The translations under genes were made by a program, and so were the position numbers. DNA of 63,932 nucleotides, counting the filler, from Rhabdomonas costata (taxonomy: Eukaryota): the NCBI GenBank assembly GCA_019059605.1. It is 43 parts of 43 records of this genome, joined end to end, with 100 filler letters (N's around TTAATTAATTAA, not from the genome) between each part and the next. Parts side by side here need not be neighbours in the genome. Positions count along the whole stretch, not along the records: positions 50,639 to 52,026 come from JAHMHO010017405.1; positions 52,127 to 53,515 come from JAHMHO010017406.1; positions 53,616 to 55,003 come from JAHMHO010017407.1; positions 55,104 to 56,491 come from JAHMHO010017408.1; positions 56,592 to 57,979 come from JAHMHO010017409.1; positions 58,080 to 59,467 come from JAHMHO010017410.1; positions 59,568 to 60,956 come from JAHMHO010017411.1; positions 61,057 to 62,444 come from JAHMHO010017412.1; 35 more parts are not named here. One strand, given 5' to 3'. The notes beneath the pieces were generated by a model. The model did not search any database and was not told the DNA's origin. It saw nothing but the letters and a program-made list of their open reading frames with translations. Position 1 is the stretch's first letter; each line of letters opens with the position of its first letter. Shown here in pieces: positions 51,309 through 63,136 of this stretch.

Positions 51309-52016
51309 TGACTTTGCCGCGGCTGCGGAGAGAGTTCTTGCAGATGCTGACCATCCTCGAGCACGGCGTTGAAAGCAGCCGGAGCGTCGACGAGTGCGCG
51401 CAGATGGTCAGCCACCTCATCGTCACCGCGCCCACCGCGATTGAGTCCTACGTCCCGCACCTGCTCAAGGTTTGCCTTTGCCCACCTCACCTCCGCTTTC
51501 AAGGGGAGGTGGTGGTTTGGCTTGTGGCGAACTGCGGTGGCCAAGAATGAACAGAGAACGGCAGTATAGTCCACTTAACGACCTGCCCTTATCGCGCTTC
51601 AGCCCCCTTCCCGTCGTGCATGTTGATCTGTCCCAGGAGATGCGTTGACCTCCAGAAAAGGCAACTCAGCGATAGCGTCCAGCGAACTATTCCCAACTGA
51701 TAAAGCAATTGGGATAAAGGAAAGGAAATGTCAGAAAGATAGAAAGTTGAGCGTGAGTAAGGGAAATAAGGGAATTGGGAAAGTAGGAGTGGTAAACAAC
51801 TCGCATATGTCACAGAAATCACGCAGGCCGTTCCTTTCGGCCCCCTTTTCTCTTCCCTTTGTTTGCTGCCTTTCTCACAGATCATCCTGAGCCGCTTGGA
51901 CTCCTCCTCGCCCACCCTCACGGCGACCCTGCTGCAAGTACTGACCTCCCTGGCCGACGTCAACGTCAGCGAGCTGCAGGAGAGCCAGGACAAGATGCTC
52001 CCACTGGTGCTCGACA
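51309..52016 (+). CDS. TOR: TOR kinase, HEAT-repeat region (exons 51309-51469 and 51881-about 52016)
   Basis: LPRLRREFLQMLTILEHG...DECAQMVSHLIVTAP.AI.SYV..LLK|IILSRL....TLLQVLTSLADV...L......LPLVLD parallels the TOR segment MP.LRK.LIQ.LTELE.S....E.SA..L..L...AP.LI.PY...IL. Confidence 0.8.
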
Positions 52017-53849
52017 CCCCCCCCACNNNNNNNNNNNNNNNNNNNNNNNNNNNNNNNNNNNNNNNNNNNNTTAATTAATTAANNNNNNNNNNNNNNNNNN
52101 NNNNNNNNNNNNNNNNNNNNNNNNNNGGGTGGGGGGGCAGTGGCAGTGGGGTGGATTGGAAAGAACAGAAATGCGGCTGGTTAGCTGAAGAACATAATGT
52201 CGCGTCTGTTTGCGGGAGAAAGCAGGGACAGCTGAAATTCGAGTGGTGTCGCTTGTAACCCAGTTTACCGTTGTGAATCCGCTGCTTTTGTTATGCAGGG
52301 TGACTGATAGGCTCTCTTTCAAGCACGACCGCCGCGGCTTTTTCGAGCAGGAGCCCTACCTGGGTGCCCCGGCGACATACGTGCCCAGGACTTTGGTGTG
52401 TTGTTCCCAAAAGGTCGCGGGCAGAGGTGAGATGGCTCAGAAGTTGGGCACCTAAATTCAGTGTTCGTTACCCAACCATTCTCAATTCTTGAGATGCTTT
52501 TGCGCACGGCTGTCACGGTCGCGTTTCGCTTGGTTTTTGTTTTCTGTGATTTTCGATGTCTGGCTATTGCACAGACTTTGCTCCTGCCCTAGTTGCCGTT
52601 TGTATAGGTCGATCCGGAGGGGCAGCCTCCGTTTGTGACGAAGTTTCATCGCTCGAACAACCTTGATCTACGGAAAGAGCAGGTGTGGGTTGGTCTCTGT
52701 ATGCTGCCGACAGCATGCGCACGCAGAGTTCTCCTATCACCATTCGCACCGCTTACGTGTGGCCCTTGCTCTTGAAACGAAAATCCGTTTTCGAGCCTGA
52801 CACGCTGTATTGCGATTCAAGCACAGTCAGAGTTCTAAGGATTTTGGTACACTAAAGAGCTGGTTGACCAATGCCTACGTTTCATTAGTAGCATCTGTGG
52901 GACGATGACTCAGTTGAGCGAACCGTGCTTTATATATTCTCTTGTTTCCCCAGGGTCATTGCATCGGAGGAGACAGTAATATTCATTGCGGGGACATCTG
53001 GTTTGTGAAAAGGCTGAAAACTCCGAGGCCGCGTGAGATAGTGAGCACTGTGAGATTTTTGAACCACATTCTCTCTCTCCTCTCTGTCTTTTGCACAGTT
53101 TGCTACGCAAGGGCTGGTTTCTGCAAAGACTGCGGGTGCTTGTGTGGTTTCATCCCGTATTTTTTTTTAAATTTTGATGCAGCCCCTGTACTAAGTCTCC
53201 TGCAGAACCATTGTGAAGTCCTTAGGGTGCTTATATGGACGCTTCAGGTATCGATACTTTGTTTTGGTTATTATTGTTTCTTCGGTTTCTGTGCTTGCCT
53301 TTTGCCCGTCATACCGAGCGAGGTCGCCGTTTTGTCGGAAAGACGGATCTGGCATCGTCTAAAAAAAGGAACACTTACAATTTTCTTAGGTTCGCCTCAG
53401 TTGCCACCCATTTCGTGACAGAACACCGGACTGCTGTTTAGACCCCACTGCGAGTCTGCTCTCAAAAGAACTTTAAGCCCAGTCTCGCAGGAATGAACAT
53501 ACTCGCACACAAACANNNNNNNNNNNNNNNNNNNNNNNNNNNNNNNNNNNNNNNNNNNNTTAATTAATTAANNNNNNNNNNNNNNNNNNNNNNNNNNNNN
53601 NNNNNNNNNNNNNNNTTGATGGAGCACCGGGTGATGGAGCAGAAGCGGAGAGAAAACAGGGGGGTTTCTTCCCCTTCTTGCGTGACATCTTGGCTTTCTG
53701 CAAAACTGAAACCGAACTTTTTCCCGGCAAATTCCCCTGGTTGGTTTACAGGTTTCCAGAGGTTTGCGCCAATTTCCAGAAAAAGCTCATCGGCTCCCTT
53801 TCAGCCCTCAGTCCGGGGGTGGGGTGGGGTGGGGTGAGGGGCAACACAC

Positions 53850-54631
53850 CTCATCCAGAGGAGTGTTTCCCCATCGGTCCTGGACGTTGACTTTTGCCTT
53901 CTGGCCGAGCAAAAACCGCACCACCTCCAGGTGGCCCTCAGCAGCTGCCAGGTGCAGCGCCGTGCGCTGACGAGAAACCATCAGGCAAATAAAAAACCTA
54001 AGAAGAAAATCCTGCTCAAGACAAGGTGATTCTCCAATGTGAGAGACAGTGCAAAGGTCACACATATGAGGACAAGCCATAACGGCCAATACACAAAAAG
54101 ACAGCGGACAAGATAAAAAATAGAAAAGCAATTGTAGCGAGATTGGAAAAACACGACCGAGCAGGGGTATACCGCAAAAATGCAGACACTCTGGAGCGGG
54201 CACTGGGAGACCACCCGACGTTAGGAGCAGGGTTGGATGACCCTGATCGGCGATGGACAGAAAAAAACATGCCTTGTCATAGTCAGCATCGTTGACGCTG
54301 ATGTCCGAGCCCTTCAGTAGTTCGGTCAAGGCGTCGATGTCGCCATCACGGGCTTTCTGACAGAGCCGTGAGACGTTCTGCTGAGCGTCCAGCGTGCTGG
54401 CCCGCGCCCCAACAGCCTTCAGGTACTGTGTGGAAAGTCCAGAAAGAAAACAAGCGAAAAATACGAGAAACCCAAATCCATCGAAGAGCGACTCAAATGG
54501 GAGTGCTGCGTTGCACAGTGACCCACACACCTCTGCGACGGCAAAGTGCTGCCCGCGCAAGGCTTCATCCATTGGGGTGTTTCCCCAGCGGTCCTTGATG
54601 TTGACGTCGGCCTGCTTCTCCACAAGGAAAG
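53850..54631 (-). CDS. Ankyrin-repeat protein fragment, glutaminase/K+-channel-type ankyrins (exons 54631-54531, 54425-54273, 53966-53850)
   Basis: [15 protein letters not shown]...[24 protein letters not shown]...[14 protein letters not shown]. The second intron is GC-AG. Confidence 0.92.
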
Positions 54632-57600
54632 CTGCAGTGTGAAAGATCCGCACAAAGATCCGCATGGCAATACACCACACGTACGCACGCACACTCCGCC
54701 AGGAAGGTTCTGGTTGGCCGCTGCTCTGGGGGCAGTGGTTTATGTGAGGTCTCCCGTCCAGTCCGGCTCCGACCAGGTCTGTCCGGCTCCGACCCATTAC
54801 TGCTGTCTTACTCTCTCTTTCCCACCAGCATCTGTTCTTTTTGCGTGTCACTGCATATGCCTCCCAGTCCCAGACAAAGAGCAGGCGAGCCTGGGCCCCC
54901 ATCCCAATAGCTAAAAAGGGACTTGCCAACAACAAGCTCAACTTCGCCTACTCAGCTGCGAAATAACGATGGTGGGGTGATCTCCGCCCCCCCCCCCCCA
55001 CCCNNNNNNNNNNNNNNNNNNNNNNNNNNNNNNNNNNNNNNNNNNNNTTAATTAATTAANNNNNNNNNNNNNNNNNNNNNNNNNNNNNNNNNNNNNNNNN
55101 NNNGTGGTGGGTGTGTTTGGTGTGGTGTGTGCCCACGGGCATAGCGCCCTCCTCCACATTCTTGTGGTGTGGTGTGCCCCGTCTCCCCGGGCGCATTGTT
55201 TTGGTTCGTGCCTTTTTTTTCACTGCTGCTGGGTGGCCACGCGGGAAAGGGAAATGAAGACCTGCGCCCGCCGATCACTCCTCCTTGTCTCTCTTTTGCG
55301 CCAGCATCTCTTGTAAAGCCTTGCCTTATCGAGCTATGTGCCTGCCTGCGCCGTGTGCGTTTGCGGGTGTGGGTCTATGTGCCTGTTTGTCCAAAACACA
55401 GGGCTCATGGGTGGGCTCGCACCATTGCCTGGAAGTGGGCTTGCACAGTTTTGGCCTGAGCAGCCCATCCTTGCTGTGTGTCGGATGCTTTGTGGTGGTG
55501 GCTTCAGCGGGGCCTTGGAGTGGGGGAGGGGCGCCCATCCCCTGCATTTTTTGTTCCTCATTCCAGCCGGAGAGCCCAGCTTCCTCTGGCTGCTGGGCTG
55601 AGGCAGATTCCACTGGGACGTCTTTGGGGCTCCCCGTTTTTTTTTTTTGCGCTTTTGTGCCCTGTCATTATTCGCCATGTCGGGTGGTGTCTGTTCGACA
55701 TAGTCGATTTGCACAGAGCAGGGTGTGAATTTTCGGGGTGTTCGCAGCGACTGATGATGTGTTGTGCGCCTTGTCCTGAGCTGGCAGTCGAGTATTAAAA
55801 GATTGGAAGCGTGGGTGGGTTGGTCTGAAAAGCGAAAGTTGTGGGTGTGAAGCAATCATTGTGATAGCTGATTTCACCAGAGAATCGCGGGTGAAACGGA
55901 TTCCGCCACCGGCAGGGGTAGGTGTCGAAGGTTCTGCTGATTCCTGTCCCGTCCGAGTCTCCCTTCCTTTCATCACATCCACCACCCTGCCCCGAGCCCA
56001 AACCTTTGTGAAAGGTGTGCCCCTCTTTGTGGAGTGGCAGCTGTGCTCTCCTGTTTTAATCACAGCAACGACAGCTTTACTGTTCAGGTTCATGTTTGCA
56101 GCATTTCGAAATGGCCAGTGTCGGCGGGTCTCCAACACGTATGTACGGGTTTTATTTGAGGTATGGGGGAGGGGTGCTGTGGACAATGGTTGTTTCTGTC
56201 CACTTCGTGAAGTTCGATGGAACACGTTGGTGAATCACACCGAGGAAAATGACGTGATGTAGTATGTGAAGACATCTTAAGGAGTTGAGAACAAAGTGCC
56301 CCAGAGCCAGGTCGATCAATGTCAGGTACCTTTAGGATACTTAGCGTGTGCCGCTTCGCACTGTCATCATGTTTTAAGTCGCGAAGGATGCATGGGTATG
56401 CATGTTTTTATGTGTATGTATGCGCCTGCGTGCGTGAAACAGTCAACCACAACCAGAAGAGGACGCTGCGAAACAAGCGGAACCGCCAACGNNNNNNNNN
56501 NNNNNNNNNNNNNNNNNNNNNNNNNNNNNNNNNNNTTAATTAATTAANNNNNNNNNNNNNNNNNNNNNNNNNNNNNNNNNNNNNNNNNNNNGTTTTTTTG
56601 GTTTCTGTTCGCTTCAGATGAACGGTGTCGTGATCACTTTTCCGCTGAGGAAGCCTCGCCCGCTGCCCATCCCGCACCGGCTGTCTTGCAGCGGGGCTCA
56701 CATGGCAATTTCTCGACTACTTATGCTGGTGGTGGTTACTCTGGGCCGCCCTACTATGGTACTAGCACCCATCCGTCTGATTTGCTGCATAGCTTGCAGG
56801 CACCGTTTCTCAAGCGTTTTTACTATCGTTCCGCACCTGACCGTTGGTGCACGCTTTTTGTCCGTACGCCCCTGCGCCCGTCCCTTCCTTGCCACAGTCC
56901 TGTGACTATATTGCTTCCCTGAAGTCTTCTTTTGCCCTTTTATCTCAGTTTTTGTGGTCTGCGGTGACCCGAAAGCACCTCCTAACGCCTACTTTTCCCC
57001 ACGCTGCACGTGCTGGCACTACCAGTGCTATTGCACATATCTCTGCGACACCGGCTACGCTGGTGGAGGCTCATTACATTGTGACAGCTGGAACCAGTGG
57101 ATCCGGCTCGGCAACTGTGAAGGTATTTGCCATGTTTGAAGTGAGCAGTCTTCTCGTTTTTGTCTCTCTTTGTTTGTTCTTAACGCAAACCGTAGGTTGG
57201 GCATAACCTTTCGCAAAACGTGTCATAAACGACCTTCCGCCTGTCTTACTTTTCTTGCTGCTGTAAGAGACGCGTTTCTTCCCCGGAAACTGGACCTCCC
57301 GCCAGAGACAGAGACTGAGCGATTTTTGTGCGCTCATTTTCGTCTCCAATTGGGCGACTTTTCTGCGGATCTCTTTTTTTTGTTAAACTCATATTCGGGT
57401 TGGTACTGGGGACGGAGAGGAGTTGACTTCTCCCCCTCCTCCTTTAGGCGTGACCTCTCAGATAGTACTGCACCATAGTTCGGGCCAGCAGGATAGCTGG
57501 TGGACCGTGGTTTGTGTGTGTAATTGTCCCAAGGTTTGCGGAAGCCTTGCCTCGCTGCTGTCGTTTTTTTTTCGTTGGACCTGTTTTCTTTCAAAGCGTG

Positions 57601-58699
57601 TGGACCTCTACCCGAAGTAAGCCCTTCGTTGGTCAACACGTTTGGCTTTGGCCAATATTGCTCTGCGTGCTTCAATAGTACCACGAAGTCCTACAGCCTT
57701 ACGATTTTCTACGACACGCTATCAGCGTATGTTTTCTTCGCACACATATTTCTCAGAGGCCGTTGTTCCCTGCGGGCATTTTTGTGGACACTTTTATGGC
57801 CGTTCATGGTCCTCGCTGTCTTCGTCAAAGCGACGCGAAAACGTGTTGTTTGGAAGTACTGAAACGAAGTCAGGTCGATTCTGTGAAGGTCTTTTTCGCA
57901 CCCTATATACCCAGCTATTTACCGCTTTGAGTAGACTTTGGATAGCAAAGAAAAGCCCTCAGGTTGGCCAAAACCCACANNNNNNNNNNNNNNNNNNNNN
58001 NNNNNNNNNNNNNNNNNNNNNNNTTAATTAATTAANNNNNNNNNNNNNNNNNNNNNNNNNNNNNNNNNNNNNNNNNNNNTGTTGTGGGGCCATTGTATAG
58101 ATGGCCCTTTTTTTCTGCGGTTCCTCTTCTGTTCTTCTGTTCGGGTCGAGCTTGGCAGGCAAGCAGGAGGAAAACTCCACCCAAAGACCGAAGAGAGCCT
58201 CTGGCAGGTAAAGAGCAGGCCAAGGCTTAGGTTTTTAAATGTGAATGAGGAAATGGCAAGGGCAGCACAAAACAATGGTTGGGAAGTATCAGAAAAACGA
58301 TTGAATGCTCTGCCTTTTGTGCCGCACAAGTTTGATCATGGTAAGGATGTGGGGAGGAACGGTCCAACCCATGAACGGGGAGCAGCGTTCGGTAATGGTA
58401 AGGGAGACAAGGGACAAGAGAATCAATATACTGCACACATTCCCGAGTTAAACTAGTCCCCCCCAATATCAAGTAGCCATTGCGCGTGAACAACCATGAA
58501 GACCAGGGTGCCGTAAAACGGGTTTTTGCACCCCATGGTCGAATTTTTCACATTGGCGGCGAGGCCAGCGTCCTGTACGTCGATAATTTGAATAGAAGAT
58601 GATGCATGGGGACAAGGAGACGGGACGGATAATATGCAGGGGGGAGATACACGGATCCCATCCTCTCCCATCAAGCTTCATATAGTTTAAACGCTCAAG

Positions 58700-59075
58700 G
58701 AGATGCATGCAATGATCCAAACACGTTCAGAGGCTGATTTGTTAACTTTGCACCGTTATCGGTGTCGGAAATATCGGTGATGCCCGTGTCTGCCAACGCT
58801 TCAATTTTGGCTGCCCTATTAAATTTTGAAGCAGCCACTTTCGAACAATGCAGACTGAAATGAATGGGTTGCAGAAACGACAATACAAGAATATATTTCT
58901 GATAATAACCCACGCTTTTATCATACGCGCTGGAAAATAAAGCTGTGTCAACCACTTTTGCTCATAATAATTGTTGATAATTGTTCATTCCCATAATGCC
59001 CGCCATCAAGTCCTTCACAATCTTGCAGCGGCGGTTTGTAGAGAGAACCGACTAATAGACGGTCGCGAAGATAAG
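58700..59075 (-). mobile_element. Degenerate LTR-retrotransposon integrase relic (H2C2 zinc-binding region plus rve core), frameshifted
   Basis: Across three minus frames, in the expected order: YLRDRLLV...GGHYG, then LYFP.RM...YCRFC, then ISDTDNGAKLTN..L.VF (compare the rve motif I.SDNG..F.S). Confidence 0.5.
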
Positions 59076-59118
59076 AAGTGTTCCTACTCGTGACTTGTTG
59101 TGAACCTTTTTTCTCAAG

Positions 59119-59449
59119 ATGGATGTACCGCCTGGAGACGGAGGGGATGGCGGGCTCCCTCGGCCCAGGAGAGATGGGGCTGAGCCCCACCTCTCTGAAG
59201 GTGGAGCTGGGCTGTGCCTTCGAGCGGTGGCACCGGGGGGTGCGCTCTGGGGTTCCCCTGGCACCCACCACGGGCTCCGCCTCCGCCGTGGCGTGGGCCC
59301 CGGAGGTCACCGACGCGGAGCCAGAGACAGAGTTGCTGGAGGTACAGGGGGCGTCCGGGAAGACCCCCGTGAAGCCCGCTGCCCCAGCGGTGCCCCCTGC
59401 GGTTCGGGCGCTGCAGCAGATTATTGAGAAGTACCCCATGGGGGTGGAG
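59119..59449 (+). CDS. GC-rich internal exon, unknown protein
   Basis: TTCTCAAG| acceptor, GAG|GTACCG donor, open frame WMYRLETEG...ALQQIIEKYPMGVE. Confidence 0.55.
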
Positions 59450-61308
59450 GTACCGCACAGCTTCTAANNNNNNNNNNNNNNNNNNNNNNNNNNNNNNNNN
59501 NNNNNNNNNNNTTAATTAATTAANNNNNNNNNNNNNNNNNNNNNNNNNNNNNNNNNNNNNNNNNNNNGGTTGAAATCGGTACCAGCAATTGCGGCTATAC
59601 AAGACGTCCTGCCTTCCGTATCTACACCAGCGTCTTTAATTGACATATCATGAGTGTGCATTAGTTCTACTCGACAGATGAAGCACATAGCCTGCAACGG
59701 AGTGGGAAGCTATAAAATAACATGTCCGGAGAATATTTATATTACCACAATGTTGGCGTTCCCTGCCCAATAGTGTGCCGATTGATAAGATCACATAAGC
59801 CTTGTGTCTTTGAACTTTGCATGTACATATTGCTAGTGTTTGTGAGTGTATTGTTGTGAGGGTATCTGATTATGCTGATGTTTGGGAGGTTGGCGTAGCG
59901 TCAGATGATTCGGTGGGGGTTTCGTGGTGAGTGCATTGTGGTGTAGCTGTGGGTGTATCATGAGTTGGACGTGTAGCTGTGTGTGAGTGTGATGGTGCTG
60001 GAGTGGTTCTGTTGGTTCATGGGTTGTGCTGTGCGTGTATCTCTAGTGTATTTGTGTGAAAATGCTTCTTAGTCTACCGTGCCGATTTCACTTTCCAATT
60101 TTTCAGGTTTGTCGACATTTTGTGGACTTTCCAATGATCCAGTGGTTCTATCGTATGTTGGGATTGTCAACTAGCGTGGACGGAGACGGATAGATAGGAG
60201 ACATGGGAGGACTGTGAGACCCAGAAAGAGGCACTACCTGCAGCAGCTACGCCATATAAAACGACACCAACTTGCAAACACACGACAATTAAGCTGAGAT
60301 TCTACGTAGGAAGTGCGATTGTAGCTTCAGTACTACGCAGAAGGCCACTGGTAGTGATGGATCTAAGGCTATGCACGAACGCCACATGTTGGCCAAATAC
60401 AGGTGCTGAGGCTATATTGCGTAGTGATGTGGCGAGTCATGTCATCAAGCCACAGGTTGGCCAAGGTGGTTTGACCACATTTATACATAGGTAGACACAA
60501 AACCATAGCGTGCACGCCATGGTAGGAACGTAGGGTCATGGTTAGCCTATCACTACTACTATGCGTGTGTGTGTTAGAACCTGGTGTTGAGGTAGGGTGA
60601 AGGGTGTTAGTACCCATAGGTTATAAAGCTCAACGTTTTATAAGCACCCTTATGCTCAAATAGGCCCGTTCCACTGGAGTAAAAACTGCTGTGGTTCTTC
60701 CTCGGTTTGATGAGATGCTGTCCCAGTGGTGTAAAAGGACCCCTTTCTGAGCTCTTGCGTGGTCTCCGGATCATTCTCCGTCGTGCCGTTCTGCTTCTGC
60801 TCCCATGTGTGCAGATTCTGCGTTAGGCGCGTCCGAGAGCAGTGATGGACGCAATGGAGCTGTTGTCACATCACATTTATGGAGTATGCGCAGAGTACGA
60901 CAAGCAAATACCAGTGGCCCCACAAAAGCAGTGAGTGGGTTATCATTATTATATCTNNNNNNNNNNNNNNNNNNNNNNNNNNNNNNNNNNNNNNNNNNNN
61001 TTAATTAATTAANNNNNNNNNNNNNNNNNNNNNNNNNNNNNNNNNNNNNNNNNNNNGTTTGTGGTGAGCAAGAAGAGAATGTGGAAGATGCTGATGCTGG
61101 TTTGTGGACGTGTGTGGAAATGATGGGAGGGACCAGGCGGAAATGAAAACCTCGAGTTCTCCCCAGAAAAACTTTACCCTTTCCAAGGGCAGAAAGGGTA
61201 GCCTCTCTCCCCTTGTGGGTGCTGTCGTGAACCCTCCGCTGCGTGGGGCAAGAAGCGGCACAAAAGGGATGCCAAAGAGCCGCCCGAGGCCACCACATCC
61301 GGCCGAAA

Positions 61309-61403
61309 GTGAAAGGGAAGGTCAGAAAAATTTGACCCCAACGACCGGCCACACAGCGTTTCGGGAGGCCTATTTTATATACAAAAGACCCCAGGCTTGC
61401 TTC
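61309..61403 (-). repeat. Interspersed repeat family A, copy 3
   Basis: Reverse complement reads GAAGCAAGCCTGGGGTCTTTTGTATATAAAATAGGCCTCCCGAAACGCTGTGTGGCCGGTCGTTGGGGTCAAATTTTT. Confidence 0.85.
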
Positions 61404-61872
61404 TGCTTATCCCTCTTACCATCCACGTTTGTCTCCCCTCTCGATTTCAACTCCCTCGGTCATGCGATGGAACCACGGTTCCGCTCCCGGTCGCCAACGC
61501 AGCGCAAAGCTGGCCAATAACCACAAATACGCCGAATACCATGCCATTGTCTACTCTGTGCTCCGCGCCGTTGATCTCTTTCACCTTGGTCATGCGTCTC
61601 GCTCTCGTATTGCTCTGTATCGTTACCTATCCTTCGCCATTCTTGCGACAACAAGCTCTGCAACTTATTATGAGCACTGGACCTTGCTTCTATGGTTCAA
61701 TTATTGACAGCTTTGAATCTATCATTGATCAAACCTGTGTACACTCGTAAACAGGCCCGTGCAATGTTCACAGTTCGTACGAAAAGAAAAGGCACCAGCA
61801 GAAACTGCAAACAACAACAGCTTTTGCAGAGCAGATTCCCAAACGGTATCTGCACGGAGCCCGAAACAACAG

Positions 61873-62293
61873 CGTGCATGAGTTGTATCTGGGGGTCGGC
61901 CAGGTGCTGCTTTGGACGCACCAGTACGAGCTGTGGTTCTACCTTAGCGTGCCCAATTTTGCGGGGATTGGGGACAAGGAGCTCTTCCCGCTCGCCGCGG
62001 ATTACTTGGGATTGCCTTACGCCCTCGTGCAGTATGTGCCCCCACCCCCACCCGTGCAATCTGGAAATTTGGCTTGAAATACACTGTTTTGCGTTGCATT
62101 TTGCATCTTGGTCTCGCCAATTTGCATTTTTCTCCCAGCTCTGGAGAAAGTACAACGGGAAAGCCCCCCCCCCGCAGCTGAGGCCTTTCGGTGTTTTTCT
62201 TCTCCTCTTTTTCTTTTTCTCAGCCACCCTCCAGCCGTGGCGGGGTGGTACGCTCGAGTCGAAGTCACCTCCAAGACCACCACCGCGGCCCAA
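61873..62293 (+). CDS. GT71 (MNN2/MNN5-like) alpha-mannosyltransferase fragment (exons 61873-62031 and 62224-62293)
   Basis: LWFYL.....GIGDKELFPLAADYLGLPYALVH|HPPAVAGW matches the GT71 motif GDKETF..A...LG.PY..V...P...G; phase-2 join. Confidence 0.6.
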
Positions 62294-62544
62294 GTACCCC
62301 TCTCGCCCTCCTCTGTCCCTCCCACCTCCCCTGCGGCTAGCCAGACGCCTCTTCTGGGGCGGCCGCCGGCGGGGCGAACGGGCTGCCCGTGTTCAGCACG
62401 GGAGACAGCCCTCTGCTGAACCCCTCGGAGGAGCCCGCGAAGGGNNNNNNNNNNNNNNNNNNNNNNNNNNNNNNNNNNNNNNNNNNNNTTAATTAATTAA
62501 NNNNNNNNNNNNNNNNNNNNNNNNNNNNNNNNNNNNNNNNNNNN

Positions 62545-62692
62545 TTCTCGCAAAGAATGGGTGAGTTTTTGTAGCTGGCGTAGAGATTGCCAATACTTCC
62601 ATTGCTTCTTGTATAGGGTCAACATATCCAGAAACTGGCAGTACATTTGGTTTTAAGTTTAAAGGTAAATTATTGATTATGGGGTTATACAT
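62545..62692 (-). CDS. N-terminus of a bacterial-type gene, possibly a toprim primase; truncated by the contig end
   Basis: SD-like AAGGAAGG upstream; its ATG overlaps the upstream stop (ATGTATAA). EAMEVLAISTPATKTHPFFAR resembles the A..IW....PA...HPYL.RKG motif that precedes toprim domains in plasmid, phage and satellite primases. Confidence 0.5.
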
Positions 62693-62858
62693 TGTCAGCA
62701 CCTTCCTTAGCGTTATTCGCTGTTCTAAGATATTTAACCAGCATGTCCAAAATTTCAGAGATGTTGGTGTTAGTAATAGTGGCGTGAATTTTGAGCTTCT
62801 GGTGTAGTTCAGGGTGTAATAGAACTTGTACTCTTTTTATTAGTGCTGTCCGTTTCAT
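62685..62858 (-). CDS. Ribbon-helix-helix DNA-binding protein 2 (ParG/CopG-like, 57 aa; not in the ORF track)
   Basis: MKRTALIKRVQVLLHPELHQKLKIHATITNTNISEILDMLVKYLRTANNAKEGADNV* with SD AAAGGA upstream; beta-strand, helix, turn, helix pattern. Confidence 0.8.
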   Translation of the reverse strand: MKRTALIKRVQVLLHPELHQKLKIHATITNTNISEILDMLVKYLRTANNAKEGADNV

Positions 62859-62892
62859 AATCTAAATTCCTTTTAAATAAAAATGATCAATC

Positions 62893-62906
62893 AATTATAG
62901 TACATT
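62893..62906 (-). promoter_or_regulatory. AAT(G/A)TACTATAAT box upstream of RHH gene 2
   Basis: Same box as 63161-63174, 63234-63247 and 63250-63263; contains TATAAT; TTGTTC lies just upstream. Confidence 0.65.
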
Positions 62907-62918
62907 TTTAGTGAACAA

Positions 62919-63125
62919 TTATTCTCCTTCTTTGTTATCGTGGTTTATTTTCGGTAGCTTGAGGTATTTATTTATTAGTTCTTCTAAAACATCCATCATA
63001 GTACCACCAATATGCGCCACATAAATACGTAATCGTTTATGAGTTGCTGGCGATAAGCTGATGGTGCGCTTTGTTGAAGATTGCTCTTGCTGTGATTGAG
63101 TCCCTTTAAAATTCCTTTTTTTCAT
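62919..63125 (-). CDS. Ribbon-helix-helix DNA-binding protein 1 (ParG-like, with flexible N-terminal tail)
   Basis: KRTISLSPATHKRLRIYVAHIGGTMMDVLEELINKYL. SD TAAGGA favours the ATG at 63125 over 63131. Confidence 0.82.
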   Translation of the reverse strand: MKKRNFKGTQSQQEQSSTKRTISLSPATHKRLRIYVAHIGGTMMDVLEELINKYLKLPKINHDNKEGE

Positions 63126-63136
63126 ATTCATCCTTA

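Noticed and set aside
53808-54941. 377-aa ORF (and the 207-aa MAPK ORF at 25286-25909) reading through stop-free 3n introns, suggesting inteins or intron retention
   Set aside because: The inserts have splice signals and translate to F/L/C-rich non-protein-like sequence. The introns are A-poor so stops are rare, and other introns (88, 134, 478, 655 nt) are not 3n.
7450-62293. Alternative genetic code or euglenid non-conventional introns
   Set aside because: The conserved exons I reconstructed have no in-frame stops, TGA and TAA end genes normally, and all anchored junctions are GT-AG or GC-AG.
1435-62500. Regularly spaced TTAATTAATTAA palindromes resembling a repeat array or CRISPR
   Set aside because: They are embedded in N-runs as artificial linkers; the spacing reflects contigs of similar length.
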